Assembly: GCA_965200245.1 (NCBI GenBank) | Contig: CBDATS010000015.1 | Span: 352,001-416,000 of the forward strand | Length of the DNA: 64,000 nt | DNA from: a bacterium | Lineage (GTDB): Bacteria > UBA8248 | Reading direction: 5' to 3' | Shown: one piece after another, positions 51,013-60,921 of the stretch | Numbering within the stretch: position 1 is the first letter of the stretch | Layout of the letters: every line of letters begins with the position of its first letter | Position numbers and translations under genes: made by a program | The notes under the pieces: generated by a model | Told to the model about the DNA's origin: nothing | What the model saw: only the letters and a program-made list of their open reading frames with translations | Database searches by the model: none

Positions 51013-52050
51013 TCAGGCCACCGCGGGCGCGACCTCGTTGGCGAATCTCTCAAGAAACTTGAGAGATTCCTCGTGTTTCATACCGTCTCCGTACACGCCG
51101 AGAATCACGTGATTCAGCCCAAAATCGTCTCTCAGGCGGTAAAGCTCCTGAATGTTTTCTTCCACGGAGCCGATGACGCCGCCGCCCCTCAAGAACTCGC
51201 GCACATCAAGCTTGTAACTCCAGTTGCGCTGGAGGTGCATACCCTCCTCCTCGGTGAACTCCACCTCGTTCACCCTTGCGCGGTATTCGAGGTAGGAGGA
51301 AAGGCCCCGTTCAAAGGTGCTGAGGTAATCGGCCTGCTCGTTGTCCTCACAGACGTAGAAGCGATGCGTCATGGTATAGTCGATGTCGGAAGTGTCGCCC
51401 CCCGCCGCCGCAACGGCTTCCTCATAGAGCTTCATCTTCTCACGGTATACACGGGGGCCTTTGAAGCCGGCCGAGGCCATGATCCTGAAACCGTGCGCGC
51501 CTGCGTAGGTGTAGGTTTCGGGACTCGTGCCGGCCAGCCAGATCGGAGGTCTCGGCTTCTGAAGGGGCTTGGGAAAGATTTCAACATCCTTGCACTGATA
51601 GTATTCTCCCTCGAAGGTCACCTGCTCACCTTCCAGGAGCCTCGATACGATCTCCATACCCTCGATGAGCCGCCTTCTGCTCTCTGACGGCTTTGCGCCA
51701 AACGTCTTGAACTCCCTGGGCTGGGAACCCCGCCCAACGCCGAGTTCCAGCCTTCCTCCGCTCAGGAGATCCACCACCGCCGCCTGCTCGGCGAGGCGCA
51801 CCGGGTTGTGAAAGGGCATGATGGAAATAGCCGTGCCCAGACGGATGTTCCTCGTCTTTTGCGAGAGTGCCGCGCACCAGAGCAAGGGGTCCGGACACAT
51901 GCCGACTTTGGAGAAATGGTGCTCTGCAAACCAAGCGCAATGATAGCCAAGTTCGTCCGCCGCCTGGCATTGTTCCATCACCTTCTGATAGGCGTCGGCT
52001 TCGGTTTCATCCCCTTCGGGACAAATCACGTAAAAAATCGAGAATTTCAC
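51013..52050 (-). CDS. Luciferase-like (LLM) flavin-dependent monooxygenase
   Basis: WFAEHHF, IRLGTA, PVRLAEQ, SGGRLELGVGRG, PKPLQKPRPPIW. Confidence 0.9.
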   Translation of the reverse strand: MKFSIFYVICPEGDETEADAYQKVMEQCQAADELGYHCAWFAEHHFSKVGMCPDPLLWCAALSQKTRNIRLGTAISIMPFHNPVRLAEQAAVVDLLSGGRLELGVGRGSQPREFKTFGAKPSESRRRLIEGMEIVSRLLEGEQVTFEGEYYQCKDVEIFPKPLQKPRPPIWLAGTSPETYTYAGAHGFRIMASAGFKGPRVYREKMKLYEEAVAAAGGDTSDIDYTMTHRFYVCEDNEQADYLSTFERGLSSYLEYRARVNEVEFTEEEGMHLQRNWSYKLDVREFLRGGGVIGSVEENIQELYRLRDDFGLNHVILGVYGDGMKHEESLKFLERFANEVAPAVA

Positions 52051-52241
52051 CTCGCATCAACCTTTGTCTTCTATCCGCAAAGAAGAACGCGCCATCACTC
52101 ACTCCCCTTCTCCGGCAATATTGTTATTGACTGGAGACCTTAAGCTACCATCTAATTCCCTGCCTGAGAAGCGCTCCCGAACCGGACGACATTTTTTTCC
52201 GACCTGGGCTAGTATGCGACATCATCCAAAGGAGGGAACAC

Positions 52242-52991
52242 ATGCGTTTCGAGAACAAGACCATCATCATCACGGGCGCAGGCGGGGGTATCGGACGGGC
52301 GAGCGCGATCAGACTCGCGCGCGAGGGCGCATACGTCGTCTGCATGGACATCGCCGAAGCGCGCGAGGAAACCACCCGGCTCATCAAGGAAAGCGGCACC
52401 GGCGATGCAACCGCCATGGCCTATGACGCACTGAATCCGGAAGATGTGAAAAAAGTCTTCCAGGAAACCATTTCCGTGTACGGCCCCATCGACGGCCTCG
52501 TCAACTGCGTTGGCGCGGGACTTCCCCGCTCGGCGCTGGAAATCGACGAAGAGGCATTCGAGAAGATGTTCGACATGAACGTGAAGACCACTTATCGCGC
52601 CTGCTGGGCGATACTCCCCCATATGCAGGAACGAAGCAGCGGCAAAATCGTCAACTTCTCCTCGGTCGCGGGGCGCTCGGCCAGTGTGCTCCAGGGACCG
52701 CACTACTCAAGTGCGAAGGCCGCTGTCATCGGTCTGACGCGTCACCTTGCGCGTGAGTTCGGTCCCCATAACATCAACGTGAACGCGATAGCGCCAGGCG
52801 TCATCGGCACTGAGCGCATTCTCGCCCAAATGAACGACGCGCAAAGGCAAAGAGCAGAAACCGCCACGCCTCTGGGGCGCATCGGCAGCCCTGAAGACAT
52901 CGCGGGCGTCGTCGCGTTTCTTGCATCCGAGGATGCGCGCCACGTCACCGGCGTCACCATCGACGTGAACGGGGGATATTTTCTCGCTTAG
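52242..52991 (+). CDS. Short-chain dehydrogenase/reductase
   Basis: TGAGGGIG, YSSAK, NAIAPG, VNGG. Confidence 0.92.
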   Translation: MRFENKTIIITGAGGGIGRASAIRLAREGAYVVCMDIAEAREETTRLIKESGTGDATAMAYDALNPEDVKKVFQETISVYGPIDGLVNCVGAGLPRSALEIDEEAFEKMFDMNVKTTYRACWAILPHMQERSSGKIVNFSSVAGRSASVLQGPHYSSAKAAVIGLTRHLAREFGPHNINVNAIAPGVIGTERILAQMNDAQRQRAETATPLGRIGSPEDIAGVVAFLASEDARHVTGVTIDVNGGYFLA

Positions 52992-53024
52992 TCAGGAAAG
53001 AGATTTCTCCGGCGAACTGAAATC

Positions 53025-55169
53025 CTAGCCCTCGGGAGATTCCGCCTCCACGGGCACCGGCGCAGCAAAATCCTTAGGGCGCATCAACTGCATGGCAATC
53101 GAGACGATCATCAAGGCCAGCCCTGTCGTCTTGTACCACATTCCGTTCCAGAACAGGGCGGCGCCTGCCGCCCCCATGAGAATGCGGTCGAATGTCGTCA
53201 GGATGCGCAGGAAATAACCTTCCAGAGCCGCCGAGGTGCAGATAAAGCCCAGGGCCGCACTCACCCATACAAGGATGACCTGGTCCCAAGGTCCGTTGAT
53301 CAGAATCGGCGTGTAAGCCATCAGGAGCGGCACGACGTAGAGCGGCTTCGCCAGCTTGAGAGATATGAAGCCCGTGCGCATGGGATCACACTGCGCGACG
53401 CCCGCGGCCACAAACGCACCGAGAGCGAAGGGAGGCGTAAGAGCGGCATCCTGACTCAGCCACAGGATGATCATGTGCGCGGTGAACATCGAGAGACCAA
53501 AGTCCATGAGTGCGGGACCGGCCAGGATGGCGATGAGAATGTAGCTCGCCGTAATCGTCATCCCCATACCCAGGATGTAACTGGCCAGTGCCACCAGAGC
53601 CACCGCCAGCCAGAGCATGTTGTTCGAATAGGAAAGAATGATGGCCGTCATCTTTTGCGCCAGATCGGGATGCGTGACGCCGGTCAGCACGAGTCCCATG
53701 ACGCCTGCCGTCGCACCGATGACGAGCGAATTGACCGAACCCGTAACGAAGGCTTCGCCGATTTCGGAAACGATGCGACGTGCCTCCTGGTGCCGCCAGG
53801 CCAGGAAGCAACCGATCAAAACATAGAGATACACCGCGTCGCCGCCATAGAGGATGCTGGCAACGAAAACGGCCGCCTGCAACCCTACCAGATACCAGCA
53901 CTTCTGTTTGATGGTACTCACTACGATGGAAGCGACGATGGCCCAGAAGCCCGCGAAAAAAGGCGAGAACTGCAAAATCAGGAGCATGATGAGCAAGGCG
54001 ATGGGGAGAAGCAATATCCCGTCTTTTCTCAGCACACCCCAGAAATCAGGCAACTCGTCCTTGGTGAGGCCTTGCAAGTTGTTCTTGCTAGCGTAGTAGT
54101 GAACCGACATGAAGACCGAAAGATAATAGAGCATGGCGGGCACGAGGCTCACGAGCGCGACCTTGTAGTAGGGCGTTTCGGTCATCGCAGCGAGGATGAA
54201 AGCGGCCGACGCCATGATGGGAGGCATCAGGTGGCCGCCGATGCTGGCCACCGCCTCGGTCGCTGCGGCGTAGGTGGCCCGGAAACCCGCTCGCTTCATG
54301 AGGGGGATCGTGAAAGTTCCGGTGATGACGATGTTCGCCGCCCCGCTGCCCACGATGGACCCGACGAGACCGCTCGACACCACAGCCGCCTTCGCCGCTC
54401 CGCCCTTGAATCGTCCCACGAGCGCGAAGGCGAGATCGACGAACACGTCCCCCACCCTCGTGGCCTGAAGGAGCGCACCGAAAATCAGGAAGATGAACAC
54501 CACCTGCGCATAAACGCGGGTGATGACACCATAAATGCCCGACTGGCTGTAGAGATAGCCCATCACGTAGCCGAACTCGGCACCCTTGTGCGAGAGCAAT
54601 CCGGGGAATATCGGCCCCGCCCAGTCGTAGAACAGAAATACGACGGCGACAATCGGCAGCACCAGGCCGAGCACGCGACGGCACGTCTCCCATACGAGGC
54701 ATGCGGCCATGAAGCCGAACACCACGTCGTTCCACTCCACGATGCCCGCCCGGGCACCCCTGTCGTCATAGAAATACATGAACTCGCACATGATGACGAA
54801 ACTCAGAACGCACCAGAGCACGTCGAACCCCGACGGCCTGTCTTTCGGCGAACTGTCCCTGCAGGGATAGAGCATGAAAGTGAGAACGGAAGTAAGGCAT
54901 ATGAATATAGGCAGGGAGAACTGCTCCCCGTAATACGGGATGTAGGGAAATTCAAGTTGCACCAGTTTCAGGCTTCTGGGGCCGAAGACCGTGAAGCTTC
55001 CGTTAACCGCGCCGAAAAGAAAATACGCCGCGAATATGAAGCCCACCACGCGAAGCGCCCAGAGCGAATTCCCGCTCAATGTCCTCGTCGTGGCGAGGCC
55101 AGCCCCGAGGAAACTACCGATTTTTTCCAAGACGCTGCGAAAACTCAATGCACGATCCTCCAGGGACAA
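53025..55169 (-). CDS. TRAP transporter fused 4TM/12TM permease
   Basis: GGAAKAAV, GSGAAN, TGTFTIPLMK, GGHLMPPIM, LGMGM, TPP. Confidence 0.9.
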   Translation of the reverse strand: MSLEDRALSFRSVLEKIGSFLGAGLATTRTLSGNSLWALRVVGFIFAAYFLFGAVNGSFTVFGPRSLKLVQLEFPYIPYYGEQFSLPIFICLTSVLTFMLYPCRDSSPKDRPSGFDVLWCVLSFVIMCEFMYFYDDRGARAGIVEWNDVVFGFMAACLVWETCRRVLGLVLPIVAVVFLFYDWAGPIFPGLLSHKGAEFGYVMGYLYSQSGIYGVITRVYAQVVFIFLIFGALLQATRVGDVFVDLAFALVGRFKGGAAKAAVVSSGLVGSIVGSGAANIVITGTFTIPLMKRAGFRATYAAATEAVASIGGHLMPPIMASAAFILAAMTETPYYKVALVSLVPAMLYYLSVFMSVHYYASKNNLQGLTKDELPDFWGVLRKDGILLLPIALLIMLLILQFSPFFAGFWAIVASIVVSTIKQKCWYLVGLQAAVFVASILYGGDAVYLYVLIGCFLAWRHQEARRIVSEIGEAFVTGSVNSLVIGATAGVMGLVLTGVTHPDLAQKMTAIILSYSNNMLWLAVALVALASYILGMGMTITASYILIAILAGPALMDFGLSMFTAHMIILWLSQDAALTPPFALGAFVAAGVAQCDPMRTGFISLKLAKPLYVVPLLMAYTPILINGPWDQVILVWVSAALGFICTSAALEGYFLRILTTFDRILMGAAGAALFWNGMWYKTTGLALMIVSIAMQLMRPKDFAAPVPVEAESPEG

Positions 55170-55217
55170 TACTGTGCCCCCACCAAGGTGCTTTCGGCAA
55201 AAACGAGCTGCTCGTCA

Positions 55218-55259
55218 CATCCACTGGCCGGAGAGAGAAAATCCCTCGGCCAGTGGATG
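55218..55259 (-). other. Intercistronic stem-loop between TAXI binding protein and permease
   Basis: CATCCACTGGCCG-N16-CGGCCAGTGGATG, 13-bp perfect stem. Confidence 0.6.
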
Positions 55260-55270
55260 ATCAGGACTTC

Positions 55271-56251
55271 TTACTTGTTCGGCAATTTGTAGCCGACTTC
55301 CTTCCAATAACGCTCGGCACCCGGATGCACCTTCAGGTTAATAGCGGCCATTCCTTTCAGATCCGGAGCCGTTACGAAACCCGAAGCCCAGCCCTTGTGG
55401 ACTTTCAGCAGGAACTCGCGACCCTTTTTCGAGAAATTGATGCGCGCCACCTCATAAACGACATCGTTGGGCACGTTGCAGCCCACGATGGTCCACGCGG
55501 CATAGCCGATTGTGGGCACCGGCTTGTCGACCCCGTTGTAGGCATTCTTGACGATGGTAGTCTTGAAATAAGCCGCGTTCGACTTGAGAAGTCCGTCACC
55601 TACTTTTCCGTCAACGGGAACGAGGGTGATGGGCAGCGAGGTCGCCAGCTTCAGGACAGCCGGCGAGGGCACGGGGTTCGGGATGGTGAAGGCGTCCAGA
55701 CGTCCGTCCTTGATGGCGTCCGCCGCCACGTTCCAGTTCAGGTTCTCCTCGCGCACCTTGATTCCGGCGAGCGCCACGACGGTTCGCGTCATGAAGTGTG
55801 TGCTGCTGCCCCGGCGCGCGAAGCTCACGCGCTTGCCGTTCAGGTCGGCGACCGTCTTGATGCCCGAATCCTTTCTCACGGCGATGTGAAACTGCGAGAC
55901 CGTGCCGGGTCCAAAGCCACACACATTCTTGTAGGGCTTTTTGAACATCTTCTTGCCCTTCAGCGCCAAGTCCACGAGCGTGGCCACACCCAGGGCGAAC
56001 TCGGCCTTGCCGTTTTCAACCAGACGAATATCTTCCACCGCGCCGCGCGTGGTGAGGTTGTTCATCTCGACGGTCTTTGATTCCTTGGATACCAAAGCCG
56101 CGAGACCTCCCCAGATAACGTAGGCGGCAGCACCGGGCGCAGCGCCTGCGACCGAGGTCTTGATGCGGGCGGCCTCGGCGCCCGAGAACGACAGGCCGAC
56201 CGCCAACGTGAACGCGACTGCTGCAATTGCAGCGTTTCTGAGATACTTCAT
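55271..56251 (-). CDS. TAXI family TRAP substrate-binding protein
   Basis: AAGGAGGA RBS; signal peptide; TRGAVED, ADLNGKRVS, HPGAERYWKE. Confidence 0.88.
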   Translation of the reverse strand: MKYLRNAAIAAVAFTLAVGLSFSGAEAARIKTSVAGAAPGAAAYVIWGGLAALVSKESKTVEMNNLTTRGAVEDIRLVENGKAEFALGVATLVDLALKGKKMFKKPYKNVCGFGPGTVSQFHIAVRKDSGIKTVADLNGKRVSFARRGSSTHFMTRTVVALAGIKVREENLNWNVAADAIKDGRLDAFTIPNPVPSPAVLKLATSLPITLVPVDGKVGDGLLKSNAAYFKTTIVKNAYNGVDKPVPTIGYAAWTIVGCNVPNDVVYEVARINFSKKGREFLLKVHKGWASGFVTAPDLKGMAAINLKVHPGAERYWKEVGYKLPNK

Positions 56252-56327
56252 CTGTTTCTCCTCCTTGGTGAATAGTGTAATGCCACGAAATAAAACGATT
56301 CCCGGAACGCCTGCAACAATGCGAGAA

Positions 56328-56816
56328 TCAGGAACCCTCCCCTTCCTCGCGAAACATATCAATATCGCAATAGAGTTCGATGTAGTTTCCATCCGGATCG
56401 CAGAAATAAAAGGCGCGGTTCCCGCTGCCCTGTGCGAACCCGTCTCCTTCGGGACCGTGGACCAAAGGGCCGTATTCGATCCTGACCCCGCACTCCTTCA
56501 CGTGGAGAAGTGCCTTGAGCCACTCTCCCCTGTTCGGAAGTTCGAAAGCCACGTGCTGAAAACCCGCCCTGGTCTCCGACATGGAATTGCCTGATTCGGG
56601 ATACAGCCCCGCGGCCTCCTCCGGGGCCTAGAAGAAGACGACTTCATGATGGGTGACATCGCATCTCAAAAATACGGAAGCGCCTCCCGGCACCTTTGCA
56701 CCAGGACCGCTCCTGCTCGTTACCTTGAAACCCAGCACGCGAGTATAGAAATCTTCCATCCTGGCCAGATCTTTCGTCCAGAAGCCGACGTGCCCGATTT
56801 TCGTGATCTTGAACAT
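56328..56816 (-). pseudogene. VOC/glyoxalase family protein with an internal TAG
   Basis: MFKITKIGHVG...HHEVVFF-TAG(56630-56628)-APEEAAG... continues in frame to QHVAF and YFCDPDGNYIE. Confidence 0.8.
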
Positions 56817-57015
56817 ATAAAGCCGGTTCACGATGGCAGAGACGCCGGACGGAAAACATATGGAATAGACCCGCCTTCTCGGCCCCGCAAACACCCTCTG
56901 AATAAAAATACCGATGAGGGAGAACCTTAAACCACACAGGAGCACAAAAGCAAGAAAGCCCATAGTCATGCGATGAAAAGCCGGCCCGGATGCGGGAATG
57001 TTCGGGCAAGTACGT

Positions 57016-58380
57016 TCAACTCCCCTCATTGATTTCCGGAAATTCAGAGACCCAGCCCAGTTCCGCCTCGCACCAGCGGGCAGAGGAGAGAAGAGCGGCT
57101 TCACTGAAGCGGCGTCCGCCAAGTTGAATCCCGATCGGCAGGTTCTCATCTCCCCGGCCGACGGGAAGCGTGATGGCCGGAAATCCGATTTGCGTGAAAG
57201 GTTCGTTGAACAGGGCGTTTCCGGTGGATTCCTCAGCGATGGGGGGACGTTCCACATGGGAGGGCAAAACGACGAGATCGTAGTCCTGGATGAAATTCTC
57301 CATCCGCTCAATAAAGCGCGCGCGAAAGCGCAGGGCGTTCACGTAATGAACTGCAGGCGTCATCAGACCCGTGGAAATGTTTTTTCGAATATGGGGAGAA
57401 TAAGCGTCCTGATTCTCCAGGAACATCCTGTCGTGATAGGCGGCCGCCTCAACGCGCATTATGATGCGGTGCGCCGCGTGCATCTCCTCCACGTCCACGG
57501 GCAGCCTCCCTTCTTCCACGTCGACGCCTTTGGCCTTCATGCTCGCCACGCATTCCTTGATGCGACCAGCCACCTCCTCGCTCGCGTGCGGGAGAAGGCC
57601 CTCTTTCCAGAAACAAACCCGTTCCGGCCTCATGGGTGCAGACGCTTCGGCGTAATCGGGCACGTCGACTTCCGGCGACTGGGTGTCTCGCCCGTCCGCT
57701 CCCGAAATGGCTGTAAGTACCCGCGCCGCATCCACAGCGCATCTCGTGATGATGCCGACATGGTCCAGGTTCCACGATACTGAAATCAGCCCGCTCCTCG
57801 GTATCCGGCCATACGTGGGTTTCAAGCCCACCACGCCGCAAAACGCAGAAGGCCGCAGGGTCGATCCGCCAGTCTGGCTGCCAAGCGCCGCCGGGACCAT
57901 TCCTGCGGCGACAGCGGCCGCAGAACCACTGCTCGATCCGCCCGGGCTTCGCTTCAGATTCCATGGATTTCGTGTTTGCGAGGGATCAGAGGTGGCAAAC
58001 TGCGTTGTGACCGTCTTGCCGAGACAAATCGCACCCGCATCCTTGAGACGTGTCGTGACGGTGGCGTCTTCATCCGGAATATCACCCTTGAGCAGCGGAG
58101 AGTTCGCCTCGCGCGGCAGGCCGACGACATCCACGATATCCTTATAGCCAATGGCGGCACCCCCGAGTGAGCCGCTCTCCTGACCTGCGGCAAGACGCTC
58201 ATCAATCGCCTTTGCGCCCGCGAGTGCGCCTCCCCTGTCCACGTGTGCCCACGCCAGAATCTTTTCCTCCAGCATATCGATCCGATCCAGCAAGGAACGC
58301 GTCCATGCAGTAGCGGACAAACCGCCATCGTTGATGCTCATGAGCCCATCAGAAAGGCTCAAACGCCAATATTCACTCAT
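57016..58380 (-). CDS. Amidase-signature family protein
   Basis: YKD, GKTVT, PGGSSSGSAAAVAAG, GSQTGGSTLRP, GLKPTYG. Confidence 0.92.
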   Translation of the reverse strand: MSEYWRLSLSDGLMSINDGGLSATAWTRSLLDRIDMLEEKILAWAHVDRGGALAGAKAIDERLAAGQESGSLGGAAIGYKDIVDVVGLPREANSPLLKGDIPDEDATVTTRLKDAGAICLGKTVTTQFATSDPSQTRNPWNLKRSPGGSSSGSAAAVAAGMVPAALGSQTGGSTLRPSAFCGVVGLKPTYGRIPRSGLISVSWNLDHVGIITRCAVDAARVLTAISGADGRDTQSPEVDVPDYAEASAPMRPERVCFWKEGLLPHASEEVAGRIKECVASMKAKGVDVEEGRLPVDVEEMHAAHRIIMRVEAAAYHDRMFLENQDAYSPHIRKNISTGLMTPAVHYVNALRFRARFIERMENFIQDYDLVVLPSHVERPPIAEESTGNALFNEPFTQIGFPAITLPVGRGDENLPIGIQLGGRRFSEAALLSSARWCEAELGWVSEFPEINEGS

Positions 58381-58409
58381 TTGTCACTCCCCTGCTTTTG
58401 TATTGCTCG

Positions 58410-58589
58410 TCATGGTCGCCTGTCGAGTTCTTCCAGTTTCTCCAGTATCCTCACCAGATGAGATTTTCCCCCTGCCGGTGGCCGCCAACGCACATGCGTG
58501 ACGGGCACATTCTGGTCCTTCAACTCATCCGCAAATGTCTCCAGGCCCAGATTCACGGCCCGAAGCGTCGTATTGCCCAAATCCTTCAT
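58410..58589 (-). CDS. Small FdrA-associated protein (59 aa)
   Basis: Manual translation MKDLGNTTLRAVNLGLETFADELKDQNVPVTHVRWRPPAGG..., matching the tail of full-length FdrA. Not in the ORF track. Confidence 0.75.
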   Translation of the reverse strand: MKDLGNTTLRAVNLGLETFADELKDQNVPVTHVRWRPPAGGKSHLVRILEKLEELDRRP

Positions 58590-58592
58590 GAC

Positions 58593-60092
58593 TTACTCAA
58601 CCCCGAGCAATTCCGGCTTTGCCAGTGCAGCGGCGAAACGCGTCGCCTGTGCGTTTGACGGAAGAACCGTTACGCCTGCACCCTGCAAAATTTTGACCTG
58701 CTCTTCGAACCCTTGCGGATCCTCCGCCGTGCCCACCACTGAAGCGACGAAGAGCGGACCTCTCTCCTGCCCATTGGCCTTACGTATCACCTCTGCCAGA
58801 GGACCCGCCGGTTCCTGTGCGCTCGCCCTGCCCAATATCAGATCGAACAAGACGATACTGACACCATCGTCTCCCGCGCATTGCGCAATCATCTCCGATC
58901 GGGGTTCGGGGTCGATCATGGGATGTGGTTTCCCCACCGTATAGCGATCGTCACCCAGGTCGAGAATTCTGTGGCGACCCGCATCCCCGTTCCAGGACAC
59001 TTCCCCGAGCAACCTCTTCAGAATCAGATGGCTCTCGTGGGCAAGCGTACCTCCCGAGAAAAGTCCAAGAATACCCCCCCTCGCAGGTTCCCCTTTCGGA
59101 TTCAGGGCATTGATTTTCTCTTTCACTTCTGCCTGAGTGAAAAAATTCTCCGGCCTGCAGGTTTCGCCTCTCAACATTGCCGCCACGGCGTTGCCGGCAT
59201 CTTCCAACGTTTCGGCCCACCCGGGATTCTCCGTACCGAGAAAACAGACGACATGCGGCTTGCCAAAGGTTTCGAGCGCCTCTTCGATCCTGGGCAGAAC
59301 TTCCGCACCGGGCGGCTTGGATATGAGTACGACTATTTCCGTACAGGCATCTTTCGACAGGAAATCAAGCGCGTGGAGTGTCATCAGCCCCCCCACTTTG
59401 GCGGACAAATCACGTCCGCCCACTCCGATTCCGTGGGATATCCCCTCGCCCAGAGCATCGAGTTGCGAAGCCACGGCCTGCAACCCCGTACCCGAGGCGG
59501 CGATGCAGCCCACGCGTCCCGGCTTCACCACGTTGGCGAAGCCCAGGCCCACGCCACCGATATACGCCGTTCCGCAGTCGGGACCCATCAGGAGCAAACC
59601 GCGCTCTATCGCTTCTTGCTTGAGCGTCACCTCGTCATCCACAGGCACGTTATCGCTGAACAGGAACACATGAAGCCCGTTTCGAATGGCACGCATCGTT
59701 TCTTTCGCAGCATAGTCACCGGGTATGGAGATCATCGCCAGATTGGCACCAGGCACTGCGGCGATTGCTCCCTCCAGACTTGATGGCAAAAAATCGCTTC
59801 CACCATTGCGTATTTCACCCGCTTGCGTGAGAAATGCCCTGGCCTCCTCAATTGCCATATGCGCGAGTGCTTGCGAATCCGCCTCCACGGCGAGAATCAA
59901 ATCGTTCGGCCCGGCATCGATCTCGTCATCTGCGGTCAATCCCGCCTGCAGCAGAATCTCCAGATTCGCAGGCGTGCCCATGAGCGCTGCTACCTCGCTG
60001 ACACCCGGCTTTTTGCCGATCTCGCGCGCGAGGCACATGAGTTTCACGGAATCCTGATAGGAAGAATGCAGGACAATCCTTGCGACCGGCAA
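58593..60092 (-). CDS. fdrA: FdrA (AllF-like) acyl-CoA synthetase family protein
   Basis: YQDSVKLM, MGTPAN, FSDNV, LMGPDCGT, ASGTG, GVGGRDL, ISKPP, GLFSGGTL, DLGDD.YT.G.PHPMIDP. Confidence 0.88.
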   Translation of the reverse strand: MPVARIVLHSSYQDSVKLMCLAREIGKKPGVSEVAALMGTPANLEILLQAGLTADDEIDAGPNDLILAVEADSQALAHMAIEEARAFLTQAGEIRNGGSDFLPSSLEGAIAAVPGANLAMISIPGDYAAKETMRAIRNGLHVFLFSDNVPVDDEVTLKQEAIERGLLLMGPDCGTAYIGGVGLGFANVVKPGRVGCIAASGTGLQAVASQLDALGEGISHGIGVGGRDLSAKVGGLMTLHALDFLSKDACTEIVVLISKPPGAEVLPRIEEALETFGKPHVVCFLGTENPGWAETLEDAGNAVAAMLRGETCRPENFFTQAEVKEKINALNPKGEPARGGILGLFSGGTLAHESHLILKRLLGEVSWNGDAGRHRILDLGDDRYTVGKPHPMIDPEPRSEMIAQCAGDDGVSIVLFDLILGRASAQEPAGPLAEVIRKANGQERGPLFVASVVGTAEDPQGFEEQVKILQGAGVTVLPSNAQATRFAAALAKPELLGVE

Positions 60093-60096
60093 TTTC

Positions 60097-60279
60097 TTAT
60101 TCTGCTTGTGCGGGTGCGACGAAAGGCTCTTGCATTTTTTCGATGGAAGCAGCCGAGAGCGTGTGTATCATCTCCGCCACTTCTTCGGCATACGCCGCAA
60201 CACGCTCCTCATCTTCGAGGCCGAAGACCTCCCGCCCCATGTCAGCGAGTTGTACGGCGATCCCGGATTTCTCGTTCAT
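60097..60279 (-). CDS. Small acidic protein, possibly a GatC/AtzG-like amidase small subunit
   Basis: 60 aa, helical and acidic, ending EPF; TGATG-coupled to ubiX. Family assignment is inference. Confidence 0.5.
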   Translation of the reverse strand: MNEKSGIAVQLADMGREVFGLEDEERVAAYAEEVAEMIHTLSAASIEKMQEPFVAPAQAE

Positions 60280-60896
60280 CAGTTCCTCTCCCCGTCCTGG
60301 TTTTGGCGTAAAGCGAGGCTCCTGCGCTCGGGGTGCTGGCCACGCCAGCGCTCGAAGAGTTTCTGTTCGAGTCCAAGGCATGTGAGCGTCTTGCCCACCA
60401 CGTGATCAATCAGATCCTCCATCGTCTGAGGATTGAAATAGAATCCAGGCGACGCTGGCAGTATAAAGACACCCATCAAGGCAAGTTTATGCATGTTTTC
60501 CAGGTGAATCGCCGAAAGAGGCATCTCGCGCGGCAGGAGGATGAGTCTTTTCTGTTCCTTGAGCATCACGTCCGCCGCGCGACATATGAGGTTCTCCCCT
60601 GTACCCGTCGCTATCTGGCCCAACGTCTTCATGGAACAAGGCGCCACTACCATCGCATCGAAACCCGCACTCCCGCTTGCAGGTCGCGCACCGATGTCAC
60701 TTTCGGGATGGACGACGCTCGCCCATGACTGCAGTGTGGCAAGATCCACTGCCGTCTCATAAGTCAACACGCGGATGCCCGCCCTGGAAAGGACGAGATG
60801 CGTCTCCACTTCGGGATACGCATCGTGCAACACCTTCATCAGGCGAACGCCGTAAATCGATCCGGAAGCGCCCGTCACGCCCACCACCACTTTCAT
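60279..60896 (-). CDS. ubiX: Flavin prenyltransferase
   Basis: GVTGASG, ASGS, PCSMKTL, RAADVMLKE, REMPL, PGFY. Confidence 0.93.
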   Translation of the reverse strand: MKVVVGVTGASGSIYGVRLMKVLHDAYPEVETHLVLSRAGIRVLTYETAVDLATLQSWASVVHPESDIGARPASGSAGFDAMVVAPCSMKTLGQIATGTGENLICRAADVMLKEQKRLILLPREMPLSAIHLENMHKLALMGVFILPASPGFYFNPQTMEDLIDHVVGKTLTCLGLEQKLFERWRGQHPERRSLALRQNQDGERN

Positions 60897-60921
60897 CGGA
60901 AAACTCCCGTTGGGTCAGAGC

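Noticed and set aside
53475-55292. Long antisense ORFs (605 aa here; also 16868-18247, 27584-29077, 42206-43594, 44715-46052)
   Set aside because: They are shadows of well-supported genes on the opposite strand in GC-rich DNA and carry no family motifs.
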